The position numbers and the translations under genes are program-made. A stretch of DNA of 64,000 bases from Lama guanicoe (Eukaryota): assembly GCA_013239625.1 (NCBI GenBank), contig MU053933.1, positions 436,001-500,000 on the forward strand, in the 5' to 3' direction. Below are positions 47,602 through 59,984 of this stretch, one piece after another. Numbering within the stretch: position 1 is the first letter of the stretch; each line of letters starts with the position of its first letter. The notes under the pieces are model-generated. The model was not told the DNA's origin. It did not search any database and saw only the letters and a list, made by a program, of their open reading frames with translations.

Positions 47602-50423
47602 AAGAAGAAGGGGTACCTTGCGTTGCTAACACCCCAGGCTTCTCAGCAGATCGTTTTAAGCCTCCCCATGTAGTTCTAGAGGCGCCCTGGGAAGTTGGGA
47701 GCCCTGGGCAGGCTGTCACCACGGTGCCCTTGACAAGCAGGAGGCAGTTTGCTTCACATCTGGGAGCTGAGGGCGTCTTTGGGAGCCCCCCCTGGGCCGG
47801 GGAGTTGTCCTCGCCCAGCGACAAGGCGGCAACCCCGCCCCGCTCCGAGTCCCCTGACCCGGTTCCCGCTGGCTTCTGACACCGGAGCGCGAGAGCAGCC
47901 CCCAGGCTGCTGCCCCCACCTGGGGAGGCCGCGCAGGCCTGACCTGAGTGTGGGGAAGCTGTTCTCCCCGCACCCGCCCATCCACCCCTCAAGAGCCCCC
48001 AGCCCCGCAGCCTGGAACCTGGAGAAGCCCATCCGTTGCCCTTCTGCTCAAAGTCAACAAACCACGGCACAGAAAACTCTCCTCCGCGGCCCCCACGGGA
48101 ACGGTGCGGTTGCACCCCGAGCATGCTGGGTTAGCTGGGCGCTCTCGCCTCCCGCGGGTCGACGTGTCCCAGCAGCGTGGGGGTCACGATGCTCTGACCC
48201 CATCTTCTCCCGGAGGTCAGTGCGCCCGGGGTCACCGGGTGGCCTCGTGTCCTGCTCTTCCCCGAGGGGTGGGCCCTGTGCTGGAGGCCTGAGGGCGGGC
48301 AGCACCCCGGGTCCAGTCCCACCCGTGCTGCCCCAAGACAGGAGTCTTGACTCAGCAGGTACTTTATGGGCCGGGCGGGGGTCCTAGCTCTGACGCTCGC
48401 TCACCCTGGGCCCTGCACAAGGGCCTCCATGTGCTTATCCAGGAGGCAGGAAGGTTAGGACGCGGCCCACCTCGGGGGCGAATGACGTGATGCCCAGCAC
48501 ACATCTGACGGCAGTTCCTCCTCCTCCAGGGGCTCCTCTCCCTCCTCCCGCCCCGTCACTCTCCCTGAGTCTCCAGCCCCTGCCTCTACCCTTCCTTGAA
48601 ATCTGCTCAGTAAGGGCCACCCCGCTCATCTGCTGTAAGCGCACTGACCGGCTGGGCCTCCACTCTGTGGCCCCTTTGTGCCTCCATGTCTGCGCAGACG
48701 CCAGCCAGACGAGCTCTAACTGCAGCCCCGTTCTGTGTGAGGCTCCCTGGGTCACCACAGCAGTGGGGGGCAGGCTCAGGACAGGCCGAACTGCTCCCCA
48801 AAGCTCCCCGCGGCTGCTGGCTCCCAACAGCACTTCAGACGCAGTGGCCCTTTCTGTGTCTCTGTGGGCGGCGGGAGAAGGGGTGTGAGCTGGGGAGCCT
48901 GGCCCCGGGGATGTCACCATCCACCTGGCCTGCTGGTGTGGCCTTTCTTAATCCAGATTGGGTGGCACTGCCTTTGGTCCAGCTTCTGTGGGTGGTGCCC
49001 TTAGAACCAGGTTCTCTGTGCCCATCTTCCTCCTTGAGACTCTGACGCCGGCCCCAGGAAGGGCTGAGGGCTATGGCCAGGCTTCACCTCCAAAGGCCGC
49101 CCAGGCCTCAGAGACAGCTTGGGGCCCCCCGAGGAGCCTGCCTTTGCAGGGAAGGGGTGGCCTGGCCTGGGTCCTCCACGACTCATTCTGAGGTCTCACC
49201 TGTGCCAGGAGGCGCGGCTCTGCCACGGCTGCCCCGCTCCTCCGGGAGGTGGGCCACATTCCTGTCCCAGACCCGCACTGGGCTCCTGCCTGTGTCCTTG
49301 TCTGATGGCCCAGGAGGTGCAGAGGCCACCTAGCAGCTCTCACGGTGCACAGACCTGCCTCTTCTTTCAGAATCAGAAAACCGTGTGGCCTCGGGCTTTG
49401 TTGCAAGACCAGATGGAGCTGCCTGCATCTCACTCAGCCTTGCTCCCGAGCCATGTGCTGGGGGAGCGAAGGCCAGGGGAGTCACCACCCCAAGGTGGCC
49501 TCCCGGGGTTCTGCGGTTTGAGCCCAGGTCTTGACCGGGGCCTCCGCTCTTCTAGGGGCCCTGCTGTCTGGCCAGCCTGGCTCCAGCCCCATCAAGCGGC
49601 CTGCAGGTTGGAGGTCAGATTCCTTCCTGGGGCAGGGACGAGGGTGGGGGTGGCGGTGACCTGGGGGAGCAGAAGTAGGAGAGGAGAGGCTGGTAGGAGG
49701 AGGAGGGATGGTCCTCCTGGTGAGTTTTGCCTCCATGTGGCCTAAAGCTGGTCCTGGCTGCTCGCTGATTGGCCACTGGGGGCTGGATTGCGTGATGAGA
49801 GGTCGAGCAAGGGGGGCTTACAGGCAGGGGGGCTTCCTTCACAGACTTCCCTGCACCAGTCAGAAGGCTCCGGGCTTCCCGGGGCACGGCCCTCGGGCTC
49901 CAACAGTCGCCTCCCGGACTCAGGTGGGAGGAGTTGCAGGGCCGTTCCTCTCCGTGTCTCGGAAGGTTCATGTTCCACTAACTGGGCACCTCCTGGCTCC
50001 GCGATTTTTCTGTTTCTTTCTTGAGACACTAAGTGTTAGGGGATGTTGGCACATCAGAGAGAAGAGAAAGCACCCTGGGAGCAAAGAATGAGCAAGAGGG
50101 GACTGTGTTCACCCTTGTGGGTGCTAATGTCCCCAAAGGAACCGACGCCCCTAACCCCTGCCCAGATCAGCCAGCCATGGGGGAGGTGGGAGCAGGAGGC
50201 ACGCAGCCTGGCAGCTTGGTTCACACAGAGGCTTCCAGGGAGGGCTCTGGGCAGGGCTTCCCCCCGGGGGCTGGGCGCCAAAGGCCTCACTGATGCCCCG
50301 CCACGTCCCCCCAGCTGCTCGCTGCAAAGACAGGAAGAACTCCGCTCCGTGGCCCGTCTGCTCTCTGGGCAGCTTCTGACCACCTCCTCACCGCCTGTGT
50401 CCTGTCTCCTTCCCGCCCGGCAG

Positions 50424-50561
50424 ACTGGGACGAGTGCGCGGACACTCTGGAGCACGACTGCTCGCCGGCCGCCCGGTGCATCAACCTCGAGGGCTCGTAC
50501 ACCTGCCGGTGCCGCACAGCCAGGGACGCCGACCCCTCCAGACCGGGCCGGGCCTGTGAGG
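50424..50561 (+). CDS. UMODL1: UMODL1 exon 10: calcium-binding EGF-like domain 2
   Basis: DWDECADTLEHDCSPAARCINLEGSYTCRC...RACE. Read by hand because this frame is absent from the ORF track. CAG acceptor, weak GTGCGC donor; 138 nt. Confidence 0.94.
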
Positions 50562-51637
50562 GTGCGCCCGCTGCCCCCCCCCACCCCCCGCTCCGGGCTG
50601 TGCCTCCTCCCTGGGGACCTGGGGCGGAGCAGGGACAGCTTCTCCATCGAGCAGGGTGGGCACAGTGCCCGGGGCCCACCATACTGTTAGGGGCCCACAA
50701 GAGTGATTTAATTTCTCTTAAAACCAAAAGAAAGAAATCTATATAATGACAGCAAACATCAGTGATGAACCCAGTCTTCATACCAGTATTTTACAGTATG
50801 ATTTTTCATTATTTTTATGAGTGGAAGGGTCTGAGAAAGTCATGACACAACCCAGGAGCGAGGTCCCTCCCTGGGTGGCTGGAGCCCGAGGGTGGAAGAG
50901 CCCAGGTGAGATGGAGATGGTCTTGATGTGGGGCCTGAGCCCCAGTCTTGGCATGCCTCGGCCCCAAGTTTTTTGTGGGGCCAGTTCTGACCGGCTGGCT
51001 GGGGTCACCTGGAGTGCCGAGTTGAGAAACATAGGGAGGTCCCATCCAGACTTAAAATGCTGTGATCAATTGGCAGTGTCTGCTCTGGACACAGTGGGCA
51101 GCAGAGGCACTCAGCCACCTGCCTGCCCTGCCTGCTAAGGCCCTCTGTCTGGAGCAGCAGCAGAGAGCAATTCCCTGGGGAGAGAGCCTCCGGTCCTTAC
51201 CTGCCACACGCACTGTCCTGCTTCCTCAGAGCCACACAGCCTCCTTCTCCCGTCCACCCACGCCATGTCCAGCAAGCTGGTGAGTGGCCAGCACCAGGCC
51301 CCACACGGAGCACACACTTGGGGGAACTTTCCCGAAGGCCCAAGGGATCAGTCTGAGGCCTGCGAGAACCGAGCCCTGCATTGGTGTCCGGGGTCTGCAG
51401 CCACCCCAGTGGGGCCCTGCTCTCAGGGTTGAGCGCCCTTGCTGACCACAGGGACAGGCCCCGTGGCCTTCCAAAGAGAGCGCCTGGGAGACTGCAAACA
51501 CAGGTCTCTTGAAACGTTCTTAATCACCCCCTGGGACAGTTTGTGTCCCCACTCGGGGTGCACCTGTGGGGGGGGTTGCTCTTGCTCAGACTCATGTGGA
51601 CCAGATGCCCCTTCTGAGAGTGGCTGTGTCTTGGCAG

Positions 51638-52234
51638 GTGACGTGGTGAGCCCCACGGGAGCTGTGCTGACTCCAGTGACAGGGGAAACAGCCCCAGCTC
51701 CCAGCACAGAAGCGACAGCCCTTGGCCTGGAGACCCCTGCCCGGTCACCCAGCCCCGCGCACCCATGGGACACCCCTGCAGTGGGCCAGGCCTGGACCCC
51801 AGGGCCCCCACCCAGGAGAGGGGTCAGTGGCACGGTCGGCTACGGTAGTAAGAGCACAGGGCAAGGCGTGGAGGAGGAGGCCAGCACGGCCCTAGGCCTG
51901 GAGACCGGCCAGTGGACAGCCAGCAGGGTGGCCAACACCGCCTTCTCCCCCAGGGCTCCTGGGCCAACCCCCAGCTCCCTCCCCCGGGCTGCAGACATCT
52001 TGCTGGACCCCTTTGGGGGGTTGCCTCCAAACGCCACTATGGAGCCGCCCTTTCGGCCCACTCCTACTGAAGGACCCACAGGCCACATTGAGTGGCATGC
52101 CAGCCTCCCAACAAGGGACACACTGCCAGCACCTCTGGACCCCACGTGGCCTCAGAACTCGGACCCTGGACCCTCCGGCTCCCCAGACCTGCCCTCAGCC
52201 CCAGCCCCTGCATCTCTGAAGATCCCGGCCTGCG
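51638..52234 (+). CDS. UMODL1: UMODL1 exon 11: Pro/Thr/Ser-rich linker
   Basis: GDVVSPTG...GQAWTPGP...MEPP...LKIPAC; GCAG acceptor, GTGAGT donor; 597 nt, open throughout, phase 1-1. Confidence 0.87.
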
Positions 52235-53364
52235 GTGAGTGGTTGGGATGTGCGTCCCAGAGGGACCAGTGCAGCCACGTGGTGTGTGTTTCCGTTGGCA
52301 AAGCTCACACCGTCGTCTGGTTGAAGGCTGCTCTGCAGCTCCGAAGTGGAGCACTCACCTCATGGCTGTGCAAACCCAGTGCAGAGCAGCCCCGGCCCTC
52401 AGCGCCTGGAGTCCAGTCTAGTTAGGACGGACCTTGGTCTCCCCACTTTCCCTCCAACCCTGTCCTCCCCCTTCCAAAACCTCCCTGGTTGCCGGCGGTT
52501 GGAGCAGGAAGTCAGGCATGAGTTGCATTAAGCGCATTGAGCAGGTGGCCCCTCAGCAGCAGTGTTGGGCCCCCAACATTTCTGCACCTCCCTAGCAGTG
52601 CTGCACCCCCAGCCTGGTGTAGCCCCCCAACATCTATAGCCCCCCATCCAAGTATAGACCCCCAGGAGTACCAACCCCGTACCCTGATGCAGCCCCCAGC
52701 TGTTCCAAATTGCTCACTACTTTCAGAGTGTTTAGCCATCACTGAGACCCCTGGGTGATGTCCCAGGAGACAGGCAGCCTCTGTGCAGGAAAGGGCCTGG
52801 CCGTGCAGCCCCCACTGAGAAGGCGGTGCTGGCATCCTTGTGTGAGAGCACTGAGCCAGCCTGACCCTGGGTTGCATCCAAATGGAACCAACTGTTAAGT
52901 GTAACTCCATCGATGCATTTCCTCTGCTGAACAGTGCCAGATCCTAGACTAAACCCTTCAGCCTGTGTACACCACCTCGGGTCCCCTATAGGAATGACTG
53001 TAGCCAGATGGCCCCCCAGCTGACTCCTCCCGACTCTGCCCAGGGCTTGAGGGGGACAGCTGCTCTGGAGGACCCCTCAGAACCTGCTCAAGGAAACTTG
53101 GTTTCTCCAAGTCCCGGGACCTCAGGCTGGGAAACAGGGCAAAACTGAGGGGCGGGGGCCGTCCCCGGGAGCCCAGGGCTCAGGAGGCAGTCAGGGACCG
53201 TGCACCGGCCTGTGCAGCCAGCAGCCAGGGGACTTGACTCCCCCTGGGTTGGCGTCCCTGAGGACTCGTGTCCCCGAGCAGTGGGGTGAGGCTTCTCTTT
53301 GCCTGTGTCCTCAGAATGGATCCTTGAATTGATTTTAATTAGAGCATTTATATTCTGTTTCCAG

Positions 53365-53622
53365 CTCCCGTCCCCATCGGCAGGGTCACAGTTTCCAATG
53401 TGACCAGCACGGGCTTCCACGTGGCGTGGGCGACAGATCTCACCCTGCACCCCACTTTCCAGCTCACGCTGATTTCTGCTCGGAGCCCTGCAGTGCATCT
53501 GGAGACCCAGAACGCAAGTCTGACTCTGTCCGACCTGGAGCCTGGCGTCTTGCACCTGGTTGAGATCATGGCCAAAGCATGTGGGGAAGAAAGTTCCAGA
53601 GCCCACCTGAGAGTGAGGACAG
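53365..53622 (+). CDS. UMODL1: UMODL1 exon 12: fibronectin type III domain 2
   Basis: APVPIGRVTVSNVTSTGFHVAW...DLEPGVLHLVEIMAKACG...VRT; CAG acceptor, GTAAGG donor; 258 nt. Confidence 0.95.
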
Positions 53623-55272
53623 GTAAGGGGCTTCAGATGCGCCATCACCACTGATTCTCAAAGGGCGGAGGAAAGGGCCCGGGTGGTTGGGTGTTTAGAG
53701 GAGCTGGACTTCTTTGTGGGCGTCTGGGTTTCTGCTTCCTTCTCCGCCTCGGAACATCGGGCTCAATGTATGCTCAGCTGGTGTGTGAAGGCCACACTGC
53801 AGGTGGCTTATTTCAGGGAACAGGTGCTGGGCAGACGGTGAGCCATGAGGCTGTGTTGCAAAGTGTTCCAGACTCTGCAGAGGTTACAGATGCTCACCTG
53901 CGTCCTCACGGGTGCACGGCAGGGAAACTGTCACCCACGTGTTTTCCTGAATGTCTGACTTAGCTGAGCAGCCAGGGTGGAACTGATGTTGCAGAGAAGT
54001 CCTCCGAGCTTGGGCAGCTGTCCAAGAGTTGATAGTGGTGGTCTCCAAGGTGGGGTGCACAACCCCGGGAGATGCCTAAGATGACCTGTTAGGGTGCAGC
54101 TGGGAAAGTTTAGAACTCTTGTTTGTACGCTTTGAAGTACGAATTAGCCGTGGACTGGGAAGTCAGAGCAGGGAAGGTGGGTGACGACGCCACACGTAAG
54201 CTGGTGGCGAGCTGGGGAAGGGGAGGTCACTGCTAGCCAGACAGGCAGGCAGGGCAGCCCCGGAGGAGTCTGGGAGCTGGGGCTGGGCGTTCAGGGCAGG
54301 TTGGGCCTCTGAAGGTCTCACCCGCGCCTACAGGGCGGAGCTGCCCGTGAGCGTGTGACCCTGGCCTGAGACGGGTCCGCACCTGCTCTCACCTGTGCAC
54401 CAGGTCAGTCACTCTAGTTGCTGGAGTCTGGACCGGTGGCTCCCAGGCGCAGTGAGAGCCGTGAACCTGAGGACATGGGGTTGGGGTTCACCCAGGAATG
54501 CATAATGGGGCGGCTTTGTGGTTTGTCTCATGTCTGGGCAGCAAGCTTCTGGGGGAGGGACTCTCAGCCCCCGACAGGACCACCTGGTCCTCCTCCTGCG
54601 CTGCCCAGAACGCCCCGCGCGTAGCGGGTGCTTCGCAAATCCCTGGCGAGGCACTGAGCGGGACCGGAGACGGCGGCCACGCCCGGGGCGATGCTCCCGG
54701 GCCACGTACTCTCAGAAGCCCCACTGGAAGGGAGACGATTCAGATGGAACAGACCAGCGCGAAAGCAGGAGCTGCCCTTACCCGCAGAGGGGCAGGGCTG
54801 CGGGGGAGGAGAGCCGGCTGCGGCAGGACCCCGGGGCGGTCTGTCGGGAGCAGGCACTCGGCAAGGCGATCCTACGCCGTGCTGGCCCGCACCGCCGGCG
54901 CACGCCCGTGGCCCTGGCGCTGTCACCATAGAGGGCCTCCTTTCACACGCAGAGCTGCCCCGGCTGGCCGGTGGGTTACGTGGGCACCCCGTGCACAGGT
55001 CACCGCCCTGGCAGGCAGGACAGGGCTGCAGTGGCTGAGCTCCGTGGCCTCCAGGAGGCTCTCCCTCTGTGCCCAGGCTTTGTCCTGCCGCCCCCTAGAG
55101 TCTGGTGGGTGGCGTCTGTGTGTCCCGGGTGCCGTTCCTTCTTTACACAGTGCAGCTCAACCTCAGTGTGATGCTGCTCCTGGCCAACACAGAAACACTA
55201 TTACTAAGATAGAGCTGATAATCTGGCACCTGTTACGTACCCTTCCAAACATGTTTGTTTTCCGTCCTGCAG

Positions 55273-55385
55273 CGGCCCAGAAGCTCAGCGGACAGGTCAG
55301 AATAGCGAACGTCAGGTATTCAGAATCCTTCCGCAACGCGAGCAGCGGGGAGTACCAGGCCTTCCTGCGGCTGCTCTTCAGGGCG
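55273..55385 (+). CDS. UMODL1: UMODL1 exon 13: SEA domain 2, N-terminal half
   Basis: AAQKLSGQVRIANVRYSESFRNASSGEYQAFLRLLFRA; CAG acceptor, GTACGT donor; 113 nt. Confidence 0.94.
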
Positions 55386-55699
55386 GTACGTTGGCGGAAT
55401 CTTCTTCCTTTTCTTTTGGGACGTGATTGAGGGAGGTGGTAGCATCCTAGTCGCGGCCAGCCAGGACTCAGACCTGAAGATGCTGCAAGCTCCTCGTTTC
55501 TGAAGGAAGCTGGCGCCTCTGGCTCTGGCGTGGTGCCTGTGTGTCCTGGATCTGCCATTAGTCACGGCAGCAGGAGGCAGACACACCTCCTCCTCTTGCT
55601 GTGTCCTTGCCTCGCATCGCTTCCTGCTTAGGGCGACTTCTTTATTGACGTGGGGTCCCGAGGAGCAGAAAGCCTCCCCGCCCCCGCCTTAAAAGGAAA

Positions 55700-56455
55700 G
55701 AAATTGAACATTGAGATCTGTTTCACACACCAGAAAACTCACACTTCAAAAAAATTACTGAAGTGTACTTGGCTTCCTGTGTTGTGTTAGTTTCTGGTGT
55801 ACAGCGCAGTGATTCAGCTACACATCTTCATATAGGTTCTTTTCCAGACTCTTTTCCATTACGGGTTATTACAGGATACGGAATACAGCCCCCTGTACTG
55901 TGTAGCAGGACCTTGTTGTTTATCTAGTTTGTATACGGTCGTTTGTATCTGCTAATCCCAGACTCCTAATGCAGCCCCCCACCCCCTTTCCCCTCTGTAA
56001 CCATAGTTTGTTGTTGATGTCCGTGAAAACTCACACTTTTAAAGTGCACAATTCAGTGGTTCGGGCTGTATTTACAAAGTTGTGCAACCTTCATCACCAC
56101 CTAATTTCAGAACATTTTCATCGTCTCAGCAAAGAAACCCCATACCCATCAGTAGTCGCTCACCCTCGCCCCTTCTCTGCGCCCCTGGAACCAGGCATGT
56201 GCTTTCTGCCTCTATGGGTTTGTCTATTCTGGATGCTTCATAGAAATGAAATCATACAGTTCGGCCCCTTTGAGTCTGGCTTATCTCGCTGAGTGTGATG
56301 TCCTCAAGCTTCATCCATCTCGTACCAGTATCAGGACTTCATCCCTTTTAGGGCTTGCTTCCATTGTGCGGACAGACCACGTTCTGTTTATCCAGTCATT
56401 CGATGGACATTTGGGTGGCTTCCGCTTTCTGGCTACTGTGAATAACAGTGCTATG
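55700..56455 (-). mobile_element. L1MB-like 3' fragment interrupted by a younger L1 3' end (55747-56024)
   Basis: ttttaaagtgcacaattcagtgg...aatttcagaacattttcatc...gatggacatttgggt; exact 14-bp direct repeat around the insert. Confidence 0.85.
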
Positions 56456-56714
56456 ATCCCTGCCTTAAAAATTCTTTTTCCTGCTCTCTTTCAGTGCCCT
56501 CTGCCGTCCCACTGGCCCTCTTTGGGAAGGTCCATTGTTGCTATTCAGTTAGGGTAGCAGCCTCAGCATTCTTTTCGCTGGTGGTTAGGTTGCCCTTTGG
56601 CGAATAGAGAATGCACTTGTCTTAATCTAGGGCTCTTGTTTGCACAGACGACATCTCTACATTTTAGCTTTTCCAAGTTCTGGGAGGTTAGGATGTGGGC
56701 TGGAGAGGGCTTGG

Positions 56715-56733
56715 CAGCGCCACCTACTGGTGG
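56715..56733 (-). promoter_or_regulatory. Candidate CTCF site
   Basis: Minus strand reads CCACCAGTAGGTGGCGCTG, matching the core CCASYAGRKGGCRSY with no mismatch. Confidence 0.7.
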
Positions 56734-58160
56734 AGTAGCATGATGGCGCGTCGGTGATGCTGGCGGCTGCAGTGTTGGGTGAGGCTGTCCACACGCACAG
56801 GCGCTCCTCCCCAATAAAGCCAGCATGCTGCCTCCAGGAACTGTCCCCTCGGGCTCCCTGGGGTCTGGGCTCCTGCTCTATTTATTCTGAGGTCCCAGCT
56901 CCTGGCCCAGTGAGTGGATTCAAGAGCTGTTGATGGCTCGATTCACACGTGTATCGTCATCTTCTTTAGGGTAAATCACAGTTACACGTCACATTAAGCA
57001 ACGACCACTGAAATCAGTTCCCGTGTCTCTAGCATCACACGAGGCAGCGTCCCTGCCACCCCAGTTCCTTGATTAATCTTGCCCTTTTAAAGCATTTCGT
57101 CTTTTGCCTATATGGGGCCAAAGTTTTTATCTGTCTAGAATTTCAGGACAGCAAACAACTGTGCACCTTAACACGTGTGTAGGACATTAAGACACATTCG
57201 GGGAGGTTGTGGGTTAATGTGTCACCTTGCTCTTTGTCACTTCCTACCAAAGGGCCTGGAACTTTGCTTTGAGACTGGCTTGAAATGCAGACAAAAATGA
57301 CTTTAACCCGACTGTGACAGATCCCACTCTGGAAACCCCAGAGAGAGAGAGAGAGAGACGGAGACAGAAGACAAACTATTCCGAGGATAATGATGGCGGC
57401 CGCGTGGCTGCAGGTGGCTCTGGGGTCTCGCAGGCATCTGCAGCCTCCGACGGGCGACAGCACACTTGCTCACGCTGGCTGTCCCAAGGCTGGGAACCCA
57501 TCTGCCTGGGCCTTGAACCTCATGCAGGTTCAGATGAAGACGAGGTTTTCTCTGTGAGGGAAAACCGTGCAGGGGGGCTCTTCCATAGCACGTTGCATTA
57601 TGTGGATTACTTACAGCTCATTCTAAGATAGGGTGTCTTTCTGGGCATTTCAGCCCTGATAGGAGAGAATGGAATAATACAGTGTGTGATTAGGATTCTG
57701 TCCAAACGTAGAGCAGTAAACAAGGCGTTTACAGGTGAGAACCACCTGTCCCCCTAGGACGTCCGCAGGGAAGCGGTTCTCAGCAAAGCAGGAGGCAGAA
57801 GGGAAGGCGGGATGTTCTGCAGCATGAGGTTCACAGGACTGTTCTAGAAAAAACGCAGTGGGGAAGGTGGTGTCCCTTCCTATGATCACTCGTTCAGCCC
57901 CCTCCCAAGTTACAAGCCCACAGGGTATGTGCCCACCAGCTGGCTGGGGGGGAATGGGGCTCGGTGTCTCAGAACCCCCTGCATTTGTGCTGGGCCTGGG
58001 GATGCGGCAGACAGGCGGGGGCCCGAGATGACGTGAGGCTTTGACCTCTTTGCCGAGGCCAGCCGGCTGCTGGCCGGAACCCCAGGAGGACCCCCTCAGG
58101 ACGAGCGCCCCGTTTCCCCTCTTGCGGGCGGCTCTCCTCACCAGCCCTGTTTCTCTAAAG

Positions 58161-58374
58161 GTGCGGGATTCCTTGCCAGCCTCCATGCGTCAGCTCCTGG
58201 ACACAGGTGGGGTGCGGGTGGAGGTGACCCGCATCGCCAATGGCAGTATCGTGGTGGAGTTTACCCTGCTGATCGTTGCAGACGTGGATGTCCAGGAGGT
58301 GTCTGCCGCGTTCCTCACCGCCTTTCAGAACATGTCTCTGCTGGAGGTGGTCGGAGGGGACACCTCCATCTGGG
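58161..58374 (+). CDS. UMODL1: UMODL1 exon 14: SEA domain 2, C-terminal half
   Basis: VRDSLPASM...ANGSIVVEF...DVQEVSAAFLTAFQ...GDTSIW; AAG acceptor, GTACGT donor; 214 nt. Confidence 0.94.
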
Positions 58375-58772
58375 GTACGTGGAGGCTGGGTCCCACGGAG
58401 ACTCACTGCGTTCCGACGAGAGAGTGAAATCTTAGCCACTGGCTTTGTTTCTAAAAGGTGCTCTTCCTCTTAAGGGCTTCCCCTGTGTTCGATGAAAATG
58501 TGAAATTAAGGGACCCTCAGCTCCCTTATTGCTACTGTGGTTCTTTTAAAAATAGTTTTTAGAGTTGGAAACCTCTTTGGGGGAGCCTGCGAGGATCCCC
58601 ACAGCGGCTGCATCCTGCCCCTCCTTCCCCCGCAGTGTCTGGGCGAGTTGAGGGCAGACACGTCCGTCTCCGCAGCCGGACCTCCTCCCAGGCACAGTTT
58701 CCAAGGAGACCTAGTGAAAACAAGTGAAAAAAGAAGCAGGGAGAAGAGGCAATTTAGAGTCTTTTCTCATGT

Positions 58773-59148
58773 TGTATTAGTCACCTTGAGCTGTTGCAAC
58801 AAAATACCATGGACTGAGCGGCTTCAACGACAGACATTTATTTTCTCACGGTTTGAGAGGCTTTAAGTCCAAGATCAGGGTCCTGGTGATGCTGGTGAGG
58901 GACCCTCCTGGCAGGTAGGCAGCCCCCTTTCTGCTGTGTCCTCGCCTGGCTTTTCCTCTGGGTGTGTAGACAGAGAGGGATCTGGCATCTCTTCTTATAA
59001 AGACGTCAGTTCTCTTGGGTCAGGGCCCCTCCCTTATGACCTCATTTAACCTTAATTATCTCCTAACGGGCCCGTCTCCAAATGTACTCACACTGGGAGT
59101 CCGGGCTTCGACACACAAGTTTTGAGGGGACATGATTCAGTCTCTAGC
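58773..59148 (-). mobile_element. MLT1A-like solo LTR
   Basis: tgtattagtc...caaaataccatggactg...atttattttctcacgg...ttatgacctcatttaaccttaatta. Confidence 0.85.
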
Positions 59149-59169
59149 TTACATCACAGCTGAGAATAA

Positions 59170-59900
59170 ATGAGGAAAGGCTTATAGTTACATGTATGAA
59201 TAAAATCAAAGACAATGTAGATGAATATTTTTCTGATTTTTGGAGTGAGAAGGGTGAACTCTGCAGAGAAAAGGCTGGAATATTTGCCTCTATGAATTAC
59301 ATCTCTCATAGGCAACAAAAGAGAGAATCATTCCGAAAATCTGATGAAGAATTACATCCTAAATATAGAGTGATCACAGGCATTGAGGATAAAATACTAG
59401 GACCCCAATAAACACGTGCACAGGGGACCCGGATAGACAGTCCATGAAAGAAGAAACACGCCGCTAACAAAGACAGGAGAATCAAGGCATGCCCATCGAG
59501 GAGCAGTAATAATAATTAAGAAGGTGACCCTGGTGGGGGCGTAGGGAGCCAGCACCCGCAGGCCGCCCTCGGGGGACAGGAGTGGCTCGCACTTCCTGGA
59601 AGCCAGTTTGACAGCGTGTGTCAGGAGCTTTAAAACTGTTCGTCCACTTTGGCTTTAGAATAACAGCGCGTCTAGGACTTCATCCTAAGGAAACCTATCT
59701 CAGTCTGGACCATAGCTTATGTACGAGGACATTCATGTCAGTGCTACTTTAAAAGCAGGAGGCTGGAAACGACTCGTAATCCCGTGCAGGGAAGATACTA
59801 GCTAAATGCTGTGTTCATGCCACGGGCCGTCAGGCAATTCTTAAAAGTGAGGTTTGTTGAGACAGAAAATATTCCTGACCCAAGGAAAGGGGAGAACGCA
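59170..59900 (+). mobile_element. Old L1ME-like fragment
   Basis: aatgtagatgaatattttt...tgtcaggagctttaaaa...tctaggacttcatcctaaggaaa; boundaries approximate. Confidence 0.55.
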
Positions 59901-59984
59901 GGGCTCACGCTTGTGTGTAGAACGCGGTTTCAGCTGCGCTGCAGCCTGCCTCTTACTTACTTACTCAAATTGTCCTTGTTTTCC

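Noticed and set aside
51880..51994. Possible GC-AG intron inside exon 11 (gag|GCCAGC ... ctgcAG)
   Set aside because: The GC donor consensus is poor, and removing 115 nt would shift the frame.
54498..55430. 310-aa ORF
   Set aside because: Only 55273-55385 (exon 13) is real; the rest is in-frame intron read-through.
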